This document shows, piece by piece, positions 40,920 to 53,986 of a stretch of 61,022 nt of DNA (positions are counted from its first letter, which is position 1; every line of letters starts with the position of its first letter). The notes beneath the pieces are model-generated. The model saw nothing but the letters and a program-made list of their open reading frames with translations, ran no database searches and was not told the DNA's origin. The stretch spans positions 1-61,022 of the forward strand of contig NW_021834508.1 in NCBI RefSeq assembly GCF_006345805.1. The letters run 5' to 3'. Source of the stretch: Octopus sinensis (taxonomy: Eukaryota). A program made the position numbers and the translations under genes.

Positions 40920-41003
40920 TATATATATATACCACACACATATATATATATGCACACACATATATATAAGAAGAAGCGTGGCGTTCAGTCATATAATAAT
41001 AAA

Positions 41004-41039
<36 letters not shown>

Positions 41040-41041
<2 letters not shown>

Positions 41042-41780
41042 CAAATAAGAAATTTGAGAGGATACAAAATGACATACATTCTCCGGTAGGTATTCCAGTA
41101 TGTCTCTATTTATTCCAAAGCATTAGAGAGTATTAGAAGAAAACATACACATGTAGTAACCATGTGTTACACACACATGTATCAATATTACAGAAAAGAG
41201 CAACAGATCAGTTTCTTACGGCCATTTCTGCCAAGCGGCAACGAAATCCTCCATGGTATCTCCATCTCTTTAGTGTTCTGTAGGGATGGGCAGATAAAGT
41301 TTGGATGATGAGTGTGCCTCTAGGCTTCTTCAGAGGGTCTAAGTGGTTAGGAGGGCTAATAGATACAATAAACAGTTAACAATAGGGACAGTGTATTTAT
41401 CATTATTGAAAAGGGCAGAAAAAGAAAAAGAGCGAACATGAGGTTGTGAGAGAAGTACAACTTATTGAAATGAATTAGGTGTAGGAAGGGGAAAATAAGT
41501 TACAAACTTCCCCTGATGTAATCCAGGATCCATGTTACTTCGTCCAATGGTGGATAGGTGAGTATAGTGATGATTCTTGGGAGGAGTTTTTAGGAAGGGC
41601 GAATTTAGGCAGTAGTTTGCATTATGTTTACAGTGGAGGATTTGAAGGTATGGTCCGTGTTATGGAGGTGAAAGTTCATATGTAACGTGCCAGCTAGTAG
41701 GTGTAATGTTGCGGATGGTATGACATCACCACCATCGCAGGCTGCTTATGCCATACCATCCGCAACGGTACAGCTACTAG
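41040..41780 (-). mobile_element. Penelope-like element 3' remnant: decayed ORF end, long-stem-II hammerhead-like motif (41214-41337) and 5' fold-back
   Basis: Reverse strand CT-CTGAAGA-AGCC..(~90 nt)..TGGCA-GAAA-TGGCCG-TA-AG. Upstream broken frames FHLHNTDHTF../..SNMDPGLHQ are reminiscent of a GIY-YIG C-terminus. Hairpin at 41687-41780. Confidence 0.5.
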
Positions 41781-42297
41781 TTAGTTAGTTAGTTAGTTAT
41801 TTAGTTAGTTAGTTAATTTGGCTCAAAAGCAAATAGCAAGGCCATGTAGGGGGACATGGAGTTAAGTACAGGGTGGTGTTCATGTAAACAGTTCAGGCCA
41901 CTTGAGGTCCAGGGAGGCTTTGAACAAAGCGGTCGTCGGCATCTTCACCATCTCGTCTGGCAGCTTGTTCCACGGATCCGCAACCCGGACGGAGAAAGCT
42001 CCTCTCCTTCGATTGAGATGAAATCGTCGCAGGTAGAGCTTTTCGGAATGACCCCGCAGCCGACGCTCCGGAGCAGGAGTGAAGAACAGCTCTTTCGAGA
42101 GGTTACACTTCCCGCTTATGATGTTGTGGGCAAGAATGAGATCACCACGGCGGCGGCGTTTTTCAAGAGAATAAAGGTCGAGTGTCCTCAGCATTTCTTC
42201 GTAGGACAAATTTTTGAGACCATGAACCATGCGGGTAGCCAGCTTCTGGACTCTTTCGAGATGCTGTATGTCTTTGAGGAGATAAGGAGAAGAGGCT
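41781..42297 (-). mobile_element. 5'-truncated CR1 LINE with a (TAAC)n tail and TACTAG TSD
   Basis: SPYLLKDIQHLERVQKLATRMVHGLKNLSYEEMLRTLDLYSLEKRRRRGDLI..RGHSEKL..FSVRVADPWNKLP..FKASLD. TSD at 41775-41780 and 42298-42303. Confidence 0.92.
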
Positions 42298-42913
42298 TAC
42301 TAGCTGGCACTTCACATACAGGTTTGTGTGTGTGTGATGAGGTACCAATTTCCATACTTTTTCTCTATCTACGTTCTGAGATATTGAAGTAAATAACTAA
42401 ATAACTTCTTACAATTCAGTTTTTGCATACTAACTTGGAAAATTTGCAATATTACCATATTTATGCCAATAATATTATTTTAGAATGCACCTCATTTTAG
42501 AATATGTCGCTTATAATCTTCTCTTTGCAACATCGATTTCCGTAGTTCTCTTATATTTTCATTTTTTAACAAACATATATTCAAAATATATTGTTTTTTT
42601 TTTACATATTTTTTTGTAATATTCTACTGCTATTACATTTTTATTTAGTTCTATATATTTCCTTATATATCTTTGTATAATTATAAATTTATTTTTATGG
42701 GTTATATGAAATAGTCTACTGCGAAATTTTCCCTCTCGTTTTATGTTTGTGCGTGTGTATATGCACATATATCCATATCTGCATATAATTGTGATTGTAG
42801 ATCGCGAATATATTTTTTAGACACAAATGTGTTTAAATAATCTGGCATTTTCTATTTTCTTTAAAATGCGACATGCATATTTTAGTAATTTTTGTTATGT
42901 TTATTTCGTCTTC

Positions 42914-42944
<31 letters not shown>

Positions 42945-43209
42945 CAGACATGCACACATGCACATATCATATTTTTTAAAATGTGTACAAAATACGATAT
43001 ATAATTACGCTGGTTTATTCTTGATATTTTCAAGATGACAGCATACTTGGCAGTCAAATTAGTTTAGAAGTTTTACCTTTAACATACAATATATTAAAGG
43101 ACATTTAAACAAATAATTTAATGCAATTACATCTAATTTTCATTAATTGCCCGATAGATACCTCTTGTATATGCATTCATACATACAATGATAATAAAGG
43201 TATATACAT

Positions 43210-43268
<59 letters not shown>

Positions 43269-43330
43269 TATCATTTATTCATATACATACACACCATTAA
43301 TCTATATAAATGCCTCACAGAGAAGGTTCC

Positions 43331-43402
<72 letters not shown>

Positions 43403-43972
43403 ATCTATCTATTTATATATGTATGTATATGCATGTATAAAAATCTCATAATGCATATGTATATATGAATGTAAGTATGTATATTTGTTCGTTGTTTGTA
43501 TGTCTGCATGTATGAATAAATGGATGTATGTATATATAAAGACTTTGTATAATTTCTGAAGGTATATACCATATCAATTTACAATATTCTAATATTTTGT
43601 GTTAATTGTATTGCCTGGCATTATAATTTTATAATTATTTATTTAAAAGATTAAAATTTTTAATTGAATAATAACTGATAAAAATATTTTCTGACAATTT
43701 TTTATTTCTATTTTCCTCAAATGCTACAAGATGGAATCCAATTAAAAGTTTACTTTTGTACCGTAGCTGATAAAAGTATGTTTTTATTGACTATTAATAC
43801 AATAATCCTGAAGTAAAGTCTTTCATGTTATTTTTTACTTATTTTACACAGCCTCATATTTAACTAATTGCATCAAATCCATTAGTGCATAAGTATTATG
43901 TTTTAAAATTAATTTTACTTTATGATCGCTTATCAGTCGATATCTAAGAGGTTACAATATTTTTCTAATTTT

Positions 43973-44814
43973 AAGGCGTCGAGCTGGCAGAATCGTTAGC
44001 ACACCGGGCGAAATGTTTAGCGGTATTTCGTCTGTCGTTATGTTCTGAGGTCAAACTCTGCGAGGTCGACTTTGCCTTTCGTCCATTCAGGGGTCGATTA
44101 AATAAGTACCAGTTACGCACTGCGGTCGATGTATCTGACTTAAACCTTTGTCTGTCTCTGTTTGTCCCTTCCATGTTTAACTAAATAATATATATTGTTC
44201 CCCTGTGGGCAATTAATATTTTTCTAATTTTAAGTCGGTGGGCTGGCAGAAGCGTTCTGAGTTCATATTCTGCCGGGGTCGACTTTGTCTATCGCCCTTT
44301 CGCGGTCGATTACATAAGTACCAGTTACGCACTGGGGTCGATGTAATCGACTTAATCCGTTTGTCTGTCCTTGTTTGTCCCCTTGTGGGTAATAAAGAAA
44401 TAGGTATTTCGTCTGGCATAAGGCAGAGAGCTGGCAGAAGCGTTAGCACGCCAGGCGAAATGCTTAGCGGTATTTCGTCTGCCGTTACGTTCTGAGTTCA
44501 ATTTTCACCAAGATCGACTTTGCTCTTCATCCTTTCGAGGTCGATTAAATAAGTACGAGTTACGCACTGGGGTCGATATAATCGACTTAATTCGTTTGTC
44601 TGTCCTTGTTTGTCCTCTCTGTGTTTAGCCCCTTGTGGGTAGTAAAGAAATAGGTATTTCGTCTGCCATTACGTTCTGAGTTCAAATTTTACTAAGCTCA
44701 ACTTTGCCTTTCATCCTTTCGGGGTCGATAAATAAAGTACAGTTGCGTACTAGGTTGGATCTAATCGACTGGCCCCATCCACAAAATTTCGGGCCTTGTG
44801 CCTACAGTAGTAAA
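43973..44814 (+). mobile_element. Cluster of SINE family B units
   Basis: Heads at ~43973, ~44232 (deleted) and ~44420, plus tandem bodies joined at AAAGAAATA|GGTATTTCGTCTG. Confidence 0.85.
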
Positions 44815-44980
44815 AAATATTTTTCTAATTTCAGACATATTAGTCTTTGGATAAAAATTTCATACACTAATATTTCGAGCTAAATCTCACTTTATCTCAG
44901 CTAAAATAGCCGATACAATTAATTTTTGGTTTGTTGCGTGATTTGTCAATTACTTCAGCTAGGCTTTCCATAATATAGCC

Positions 44981-45217
44981 CAGTGGTCCTCGACTAGGGT
45001 CCATATTACCCTTAGAGAGCCATACATCTCTATGCAAGGAATTGGTAATACTTCTTCAATACACAAAATATTTTTGTATTATTTTTAAAGAATTCTAAAA
45101 AATATTCAATTATAAAAAATATAACATTTTCTTAAACATCAAATGACTACGAGGGGTCAGTAGAGTACCACAGGAATCAAAGGGAGCCATAAGCAAAAAC
45201 ATGGTTGCGAACCACTG
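44981..45217. mobile_element. hAT (Charlie-like) MITE
   Basis: Termini CAGTGGTCCTCGACT and GGTTGCGAACCACTG; 8-bp TSD-like ATATAGCC / ATATAGAT. Confidence 0.7.
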
Positions 45218-46630
45218 ATATAGATGAGGGAAGGAATAGATGTACACAGTTCACTTAAGGTGCTAGATTAGGACTATTCCAAGGTTGATGGCATAATTTT
45301 ATTTCTTCATTGAAGTCCATCTTTTCTTTGGAGAATAAGGTAAGAACAACGTTCCTCCACTGTTCAAGACACTGGTTGGTTTTTCTTGCTTCTTCCAACC
45401 GGATATCAACGATTTCCTTTGGGATTTCGACGTACCGCCATTTATGTTTCCCTTATCCGTGAAGAAAGGCCTTCCTCTCTTAAGGCTTTTTGGTTTTCAA
45501 TAGTCATCCTAAACCTTGCTTTTTTTTTCTAGATTTGTATATAGGCCCTACTCACGCGCATTTTTACCTCTTAGGAAGAAGTAGTCCATATTAATCTGGC
45601 GGCCCCTACCTATACTAGCCGCAGTTGTCATCTTTCGGGAATTTACGGGACGAACCACGTCGCTGTATCGACCGCGTATATCTCGTGACAGCCTTCCGGT
45701 ATCGGTCGCGGGTACGTCCACGTGTACGTGGGCGATACCGCGAGCTTAGGTTCGTTCTTTCGATATCGGGCACGGTAGCGCGGCGGAGGAACGGGCGACC
45801 AGCGCAGGCCTGCCGCTGGCGGCCCCGCGGCGCGTAGACGAACGGAGAAAGCAAGATGGCGTGAAGGCCGCGGCCACCTGCCGGGCTGACGGCGTCTTAG
45901 GCTGACATCTCAGGCATCATGCCGAACGATCCCGGAGACATCCACCCGCCAACTGCTAGCCCTCAATATAGTCTGGACCCGCTGGTCTCCCTCCTCGACC
46001 TTCCTAGCATGAGAATATAGCTGAAGACGATTTCCCAAAGGTCCGCGCAATAAAATTGAACCCAAACCAGGTGATTTCAAAGATAGCATCTTCAACATCC
46101 AGCGACGCATGGGGCTATATTCAATATATTCATATTTATGTGGTTGCTCTCTCGGTTGCCTCAGTTCTCATAATGCTTTGTCTGGTATTAAAGAGCGCAA
46201 TCATATTAAATTTATTAGACTGGTTTAGTTATGTTTTCTTAACGTATAATTATAAACTGCTTTAAATTATTTTCATCTTCCTACTTAAAGTTTCCACCTG
46301 GGGATCTTTTACGTTAAATATACTGCATATTAAATACTATTTTTTAATCTTCTAAAGTCTCCGTTCTTTATATTTTCGATATTTTGATCTTACAATGTAA
46401 CGTCTGAAAGAAATTATCATTCTAATAATTTATAGTCTCCTCAGCAAACAAATATCATTTAAAAATATTCGTCTCAGTGTTATATATTCTAGTTTTCCAA
46501 CCAGTTAATTTAAATAAATGTCGCAATAAATTGTGTGAGCAAACATTTACTTTTTTTTCCCGTTATTTATAAATGTTCCGAGATCTTATATAATCTGTAT
46601 TGATGCCGTTTTTTGATGTCTTTCTCTTTC

Positions 46631-46702
<72 letters not shown>

Positions 46703-46854
46703 TTTCGTTTTTTTTTGCTGTTTTATATGTATGAGCTGGCTGTTATTAATATCCGAAGAGAGTCATGAGACACACACACTAAAAGCGAAAAAATGTTGAT
46801 AAACGTCATTATTGAGCTTGAAAAAATTTTTATGGTATAAGAAATATTATTCGT

Positions 46855-46933
<79 letters not shown>

Positions 46934-47261
46934 GTTGTTGTTGTCTTCTTCTTCTTCTTCTTCTTCTTCTTCCAATCAGGATTCACGCCATTAGCCACAA
47001 AGAAAAATCTCTGATTGGAGTCTACTCAAAGCTACAAAGAATGCGTGTGGCAACTTGAAGATCCACCCACCACACGCGATAGACTGGCAGTTGCACGAGT
47101 GCAAAAGCTACGTTGTTATCCTCATTCCGTAAACAGTGGCTTTTTAACGGGTGGAGAGCTGAACCATCCTGGGGTACAGAGGATTCGCAATCTAGGCCAG
47201 GGTCTGAAAGTTTACCACACCATAGTGGGTTACACCATGGTTCCTCTACTTTGTAGCGGAA

Positions 47262-47448
47262 GTAGGAAGAAAGAGTGAGAGAAAGTTGTGGTGAAAGAGT
47301 ACAGCGGGGTTCACTCCCCACCCGCCGGAGCCTCGTGGAGCAAAGGTGTTTTTACCCAATAAACTCTCACAGTGCCCGATCTAAGAATCGAAACCGCGTT
47401 CTTACGACCGCGGGTCTGCTGCCCTAACCACTGGGCCATTGCACCTCT
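47262..47448 (-). mobile_element. SINE family C, 5' part
   Basis: GCCCTAACCACTGGGCCATTGCACCTC matches the reverse complement of the family C head. Confidence 0.8.
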
Positions 47449-47464
47449 ACTGTTATTGTTGTTG

Positions 47465-48660
47465 GCGGCAAAGTAAGACGTGTTTTCAGCGCTCCGTAAG
47501 TTTTAATTTTTCTTGCGTGTTATTGAAGGTTGTTCAATGTTATTTAACTGTTTTTGTTTTCTGGACTCCTTTTTCGTGTGTAGAAGGGGTTCTTTTGTTA
47601 AAAGTTCCCGTTTTAAGGGAGAATTTTGAACTTATTGTACTTAAAATTTCTTAAATTTGTTTTGCTTTTCGTCTAACGAAAAACAAGATCGGGTCGTTTG
47701 TCGAGGGGAGTGGTAGTGGCTGTTCTGACCTAAAGGATTTCCCCCCTCTGAACAGCACAAATAACACTACTAACAGCACCAGCACAGAAAAAAGAAAAAA
47801 ATCAAGAAAACACCGCCAACGCTACCACCGACATGAACAAGAAAAACAACGAAGAAAATGCAAGCACAACCACAAATGACAAATCCAGCACACATGGTTT
47901 CGCTTCCGCAGCGAAACAAACAAGAGAAAAGATAAACGTCACATTATAGGATTTGAAAAATTCAATGGAGCCATTAGTAAGACAAGGCAATAATGTCTCA
48001 CTAAAAACCCCGAAAGAAATTATTAATGAACACAAGCAGAAAAAACAATTACGTACAAATGTATAAACGAAAAAGAAGGCATCGGAAGGAGTAACACAAG
48101 AACAACTGGAACTAATTCTGAAACCAATTTGGAAGAATAAAACTTATGTGACCCTTGGAAAACGGTTCGGCACTGTGGATGTGTGTTTCGCAACGGAAGA
48201 AGAAGCAACAAAACATTCCACAGTGACACTATTTTCGGAAGACCTTATGTTCGTGCCGACGTATCTTGGTCGGCGCGTTACAAAAATTAAAATTCACGAG
48301 TTACCCCCTGAAATAAATATATGCTGGCTGGTGACGGCTGTCCTCCATGATATAGAGGATACCGCCACAATACTGGAGGTACATAAATTGCACCAACAAA
48401 ACTGGACAGGTCAGGGGTTGGAGTTCTTTGTTCAAATTGAACAAGAGGGCCTAAATTCTATCCCTGTCTCCATAAACTTACCGGACAGCACGAAACTACA
48501 CGTAGCTGTGTGAGTGGGGGCATCTCCAATATACCACAAACGGGGGTATCTCCAGTACAGCAATAGCAACAACAGTAGCTGTATTCAACCCCACCACCAC
48601 CAACAACAACAGCGACGCCGCCTCCACCTCTCACCAGGGAACCACCAATTATGTTTTTAT
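47465..48660 (+). mobile_element. 5' part (UTR plus disrupted ORF1) of a second L1/Tx1-type LINE family
   Basis: LGKRFGTVDVCFATEEEA..MFVPTYLGRRVTKIKIHELPPEINICWL aligns with the minus-strand ORF pieces at 4439-4983. Confidence 0.6.
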
Positions 48661-49220
48661 TTAATATATTCCCCACACAGATTCACACGCTTACTGCGGG
48701 GGTCCTTCCGTTTCTCTACGCCCTGTGAAAGAATTCGGAAGTTTGCACCCCCATAACTAGGCTTTTCGCAATTTCCATAAACACGGGAACTTTTCAACAC
48801 CCTCTAATAGTAGCAATAGTAGTAGTAGTAGCAGCAGCATGAGCGGTAGTGATATATTTCCTCTCTACGTCTATTGAAATGAATTCTACATTTGGAATTC
48901 ACCAGCAGTTGACAGAAATTCAGTTTGCTAATCCTGATTTACCTATCTGTATTCCTAATGTCACATCTAATTGCCTAATCCTTTCATATTTCATGTTGGC
49001 ATTTTGCAACACCGCATTAATTATATATATGCAGAGGTGACACTAAAATTTATCTTAGATATTCACACATAAACAGACACAATATACATATATATACATA
49101 TATCATGACAGCGTACGCATAACTGGTTCTTCAAATATTCACTTCTTTCAGGTTCACACATTTGTTTCAATGTCTCACTCTACACAATAAACATTCTTAT
49201 ATTCAGATTCTATATACAGC

Positions 49221-49252
<32 letters not shown>

Positions 49253-49256
49253 TATA

Positions 49257-49295
<39 letters not shown>

Positions 49296-49458
49296 AGTAG
49301 GTGAATGAATTATCCTATGTTTATCGTCAGCATGGAAAATATGTCGAGAGTAAAGGAATTTTGTTACATCTTCGTTCGACTCCATTTTCATTTATATATA
49401 TATATAATATATATAATATATATATATATATATATACTATATATATATATATATATAT

Positions 49459-50330
49459 ATAGGGTGCAATGAATAAACTCTCCTCTCGAATACGCAAAAA
49501 GGAAAATAACACTGAAATCTCATTTTAACAGATATATTTACCAAACCAAAATTACATAGAAATATCTTGTAAGAGTAACGATTAAATGTATTCAATAGAA
49601 TCGCCATTGGCATCAACCACGGCCCCGAGACCACTTCGGAATCTCTTGCAGATTTATGGACGGTCTCCTTGTTTAAGTTGGTGTCTGCTGCCATAATCCT
49701 TGCCCTCAGTTCATCTTTGGTTTTACAAGGGGTTTTGTTGTTCCCTCGCTCACCTGCGCCCCACACATAGTAATCAAGAGGTTTGCAGTCTGAGGAGTTA
49801 GGTGGGCAGATATTAGGGGTGATGTGGTCGTAGAAATTATCTGACTGCCATGACTGGGTTCCCCCGCTTGTGTGGTATGGTGCAGAGCCCTGTTGCCAGA
49901 CATAGGATCTTCCAGCAGCTAACTTCTGGACACAAGGCAGCACTACCTCATCTCGGCGCATGATGTACGCCTCTGCGTTAAGTCTGAGGTTGTGTGGGTA
50001 GATGAAAGGAGGTGGAAAGATGAAAGGAGGCATAACGACTCCATTACTACTGACAACTCCTAACACAATTATGGTGACCGGATGTTTGATTCGATCTCGG
50101 TACATATTCGCGAGGGGATTCCGTTGCATCGTATCGGAGATTCCGTCCCGAATGCCAAGCAGTACAGCATCTCATTTACAAGTTTCTGGCAGAGTGAATT
50201 TTCTAATGGATGCAAAACGGTTCGCCGATTTCATCACATGTTCTTGAAACAGTCGTCCATGCATTTTCACTGGGTTCCTCTTTAAATTCCTCTATGGATT
50301 CCTCTTTAAATTATCTTGAGCTATCCTTTC
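49459..50330 (-). mobile_element. Internally deleted Tc1/mariner-superfamily transposon, DD37D (maT-type)
   Basis: HPVTIIVLGVVSSNGVVMPPFIFP..YVWQQ(G)SAPYH..PPNSSDCKPLDYYVW, with 37 residues between the second (mutated) and third D positions. TA-flanked (C/T)AGGGTG terminus at ~49460; N-terminal remnant DAVLLGIRDG at ~50140-50170. Confidence 0.85.
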
Positions 50331-50711
50331 ATCCATTTGATAATTTCGTTTAACGCAATATTGACCGTACATGTATAATAGCTTTCTCACTGATTCAAAA
50401 CTCGGGCATACAATTTCATACGATATCATGCGAATATATTTATGTTTTATATTTCATATTGCATCTATAGATTTATATTTACGTATAACTTTATGAAGTA
50501 ATCCGACGTTGGGAAATATATTGACGACATGAATTCTGACTCGCGAAATTTCTTCTCTTTTTATTAATCTTCATATATATATATATATACGAGACTATAA
50601 AAGCAGCCAACAACTGATGGAGGTTTGTTTTTTATGTGGTTTGTTTTGTTTTCCATTTCGTGGTTCGTACATTTTTGTTGTACAGGTTTCATGACGTCCT
50701 GTGCCCCCCCC

Positions 50712-50750
<39 letters not shown>

Positions 50751-50961
50751 CTTAAGCAGCATAAGCAGTCAAGTACACAAATTGACAGAGTGAAAGATAG
50801 ATGTGTGTGTGTGTGTGTTTGAGTTTTATTTTTAGATAAATAGATATATAGATTTATAGATAGACGTGTAGAAAGATAGAGAGCTACTCTATGCTGAAAG
50901 GGGGGGGAAGCTAACTACAGACATACATTGTTGAAGGGTATTGCTCTGATGTGAATATATT

Positions 50962-51192
50962 TATTTCTTTATTGTCCATAGGAGGCTAAACATAGAGGGA
51001 ACAAACAAGGAGAGACAAAGGGATTAAGCCGATCACTTCGACTTCAGTGCCTAACTGGTATTTATTTAATCGACCCCGAAAGATGAAAGGCAGATTCAAT
51101 CTCAGCGGAATTAGAACTCAGAACGTAACGGCAGAGGAAATAGCGCTAAGCATTTCGTCCAGCGTGCTAACGATTCGGCCAGCTCGCAGCCC
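50962..51192 (-). mobile_element. SINE family B monomer (diverged)
   Basis: ..GCGTGCTAACGATTCGGCCAGCTCGCAGCC is the reverse complement of the family B head. Confidence 0.82.
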
Positions 51193-52285
51193 TTTGGTGT
51201 GTATATATTGTGTGAACTTACAGTAGTTTCTTTGAAAACGAAATAAGAACGAAACCTTGATATATTTCCCTTTGTGATAAGAGAAGTGGTCGAAGCAATA
51301 ATTAGGTAGCACGCATGCGTTGATGTGCACACACACAGACATCGGTACGAGCATACATAGACATGAATTAGACCAGGAGAAGAAAATCCATTGGAAGTAA
51401 AGAAGAGGAAAATAAGAGGAAGGAGAAAAAGATGGGAGAAGAATGGGGAAGATGCGGAGGAGATGAAGAAGGAGAAGAAGAAGGAGAAGAAGGAGAAGAA
51501 GACGAAGAAGACGAAGAAGAAGAAGAAGAAGAAGAAGAAGAAGAAGAAGAAGAAAAAGAAAGAAGAAAAAGAAGATGAAGAAGAATAACAAGAAGAAGAA
51601 GAAGAAGATGAAGGAAGAGGAGGAGAAGAAGAAAACGAAGTAGAAGATGACAGAGATGAAGAAGAATGTTATTATTCGAAGGTGAATTGAATGCTAAAAC
51701 GAAAGTAAAATCCTTCATACAGCTGATCATTGATCTAATCGATAAACCCACACAAATGAAAGAAAAGGCTAAACAAAGGTTATTAATCTGGTAGATTAAG
51801 GTTGTGTGTGTCGAACTAAATGTTAAAAGCAAACTTGCAGATATGAATACTCAAGGTGTTTTAGTAATTACTACCAATTATTCTATCAACTGGAAACTAC
51901 ATAAATTGTATAGATTAGATAGGGTCTCACAAGAAGAAAATAGAAAATAACGAATGCGTTCGGAACAGAATACTCATATACCAAAAAATAAGAGGAAAAA
52001 ATATTAGCAGAAACATAAGGTTGAAGAATTCTTTAGGAAGTGGAATAATAGTAATATTTAGCAAAGTAGGAATGAATTGAAAATAAAAGCATGAAGGTAA
52101 ATGTATATGAACAGAAGTTATGATAACAAACAGCCTTCGATAGAATACGGAAATACGAAAGACTATTCCTAAAATGCATTCTGTAAATGTTAGATTAGAA
52201 ACTGCGGGGATTGTCATACATTGCTAAAAAAATAACCCCTTTTTTATTGTTTTTCTAAAATACTGAAGAAGCCTGAATTAATATA

Positions 52286-52635
52286 TATTTCTTTACTACC
52301 CACAAGGGGCTAAAAACAGAGAGGACAAACAAGGACAGACAAACGGATTAAGTCGATTACATTGACCCCAGTGCGTAACTGGTACTTAATTTATCGACCC
52401 CGAAAGGATGAAAGGCAAAGTCGACCTCGACGGAATTTGAACTCAGAACATAAAGACAGACGAAATACCTATTTCTTTACTACCCACAAGGTGCTAAACA
52501 CAGAAAGGAAAAACAAGGACAGACAAACGGATTAAGTCGATTACATCGACCCCAGTGCGTAACTGGTACTTAATTTATCGACCCCGAAAGGATGAAAGGC
52601 ACAGTGGACCTCGGCGGAATTTGAACCCAGAACGT
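52286..52635 (-). mobile_element. SINE family B headless dimer
   Basis: Two bodies joined at CAGACGAAATACC|TATTTCTTTAC. Confidence 0.85.
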
Positions 52636-53599
52636 ATAAACATACTTCCATTGGTGTGTTTTTGAAAGCACACATGACTAGAAGATAAAAACGAAGGCTA
52701 TTTATTTAATCACTAAACAACCCTAAAGTGTTCATACGAAAAATTTAAGTAAAATATATGCGAAGTTTAATCACAACAGATTAAGAGCAGAATATGTGAA
52801 TTTAGAGATTAAAAACGTATGAAATACTTTCTAATTTTTGGTGTTGTGGTCGATCTGTTTCTGCTTTTATTTAATTACGACATAAATTTCATTTTTGCCA
52901 AACAGAAATTTGACAGAAACACAGAAAGGAAGCAAATTATAAAAATTAAGAGCTGGTTATGTAAATACGATAACGAAATGATAAAAAGAAATTGTTTATA
53001 GCTGATTATTATATAATTATTAAAGAAAACAGACTGTAATAACGAGACAAACCGAGTTTGTTTATATTTGTGACTGCGACGAAATAATGTCATTCAGAAG
53101 AAAAGGAAAAACAAATTCACACACACACACAAAAAGCAGATCTCGGTGAATTGCAAAGAGACCATATTTCGAGACATACTAATTTACAATGTCTCAAATA
53201 GTTTTCTGATTTGTTATCAGAAAGAAAAAAACAAAAAGAAAAATAGAGTGGAACAAGAGAAACAATGGCTACTAATCAAGCGGTCAGCGTTTTAGACTTT
53301 AAGGAAAATTTGAATGAATGGAAGCCAAGTAAAAGAGCGGAAAGGAGATGACCAAGTTGTGGGCATTGCAGACACAGACAATCGTTCTAATACTGATGGC
53401 CTGGGGAATGACAAAAATCAATGAAATGGAGAACGTTGTATACACAATGTGTTAGGAGATGCATACGGAAATGGCGTACGACAGCGCTGACGGCCCTGTT
53501 GCTTGCGTTACATAGTGTACATTCAGACGGAAAGTAAAAGCATAAAATCTACACACAAATAAAACTACATGAAACCCCCTCCCCCCACACGAAATCACA

Positions 53600-53986
53600 A
53601 ACCATCGTCACCAGTCTTCTTATCACCACTCCGCACCATCATCATCATCATCATCGTCAGCACAACTATCGTCCTCGTCTTCGTCGACACCACCGTCATC
53701 ACTGTCACCATCATCATCATCGTCGTCGTCGTCGTCATCACTTTCATTATCATCATCATCATCATCATCGTGATCGACATCATCATCATCATCATCGTGA
53801 TCATCGTGATCATCATCATCATCATCGTCATCATCATCATCGTCGTCTTCGTCGTCATCATCATCATCATCATCATCAGCATCATCATCATCATCATCAT
53901 CATCGTCGTCATCGTCGTCGTCATCGTCATCATCATCAACATCATCATCATCATTCTCATCCTCATCATCATCATCATCATCATCA
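53600..53986. repeat. (CAT/CGT)n trinucleotide repeat
   Basis: Simple triplet repeat producing poly-D, poly-M and poly-I pseudo-ORFs. Confidence 0.92.
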
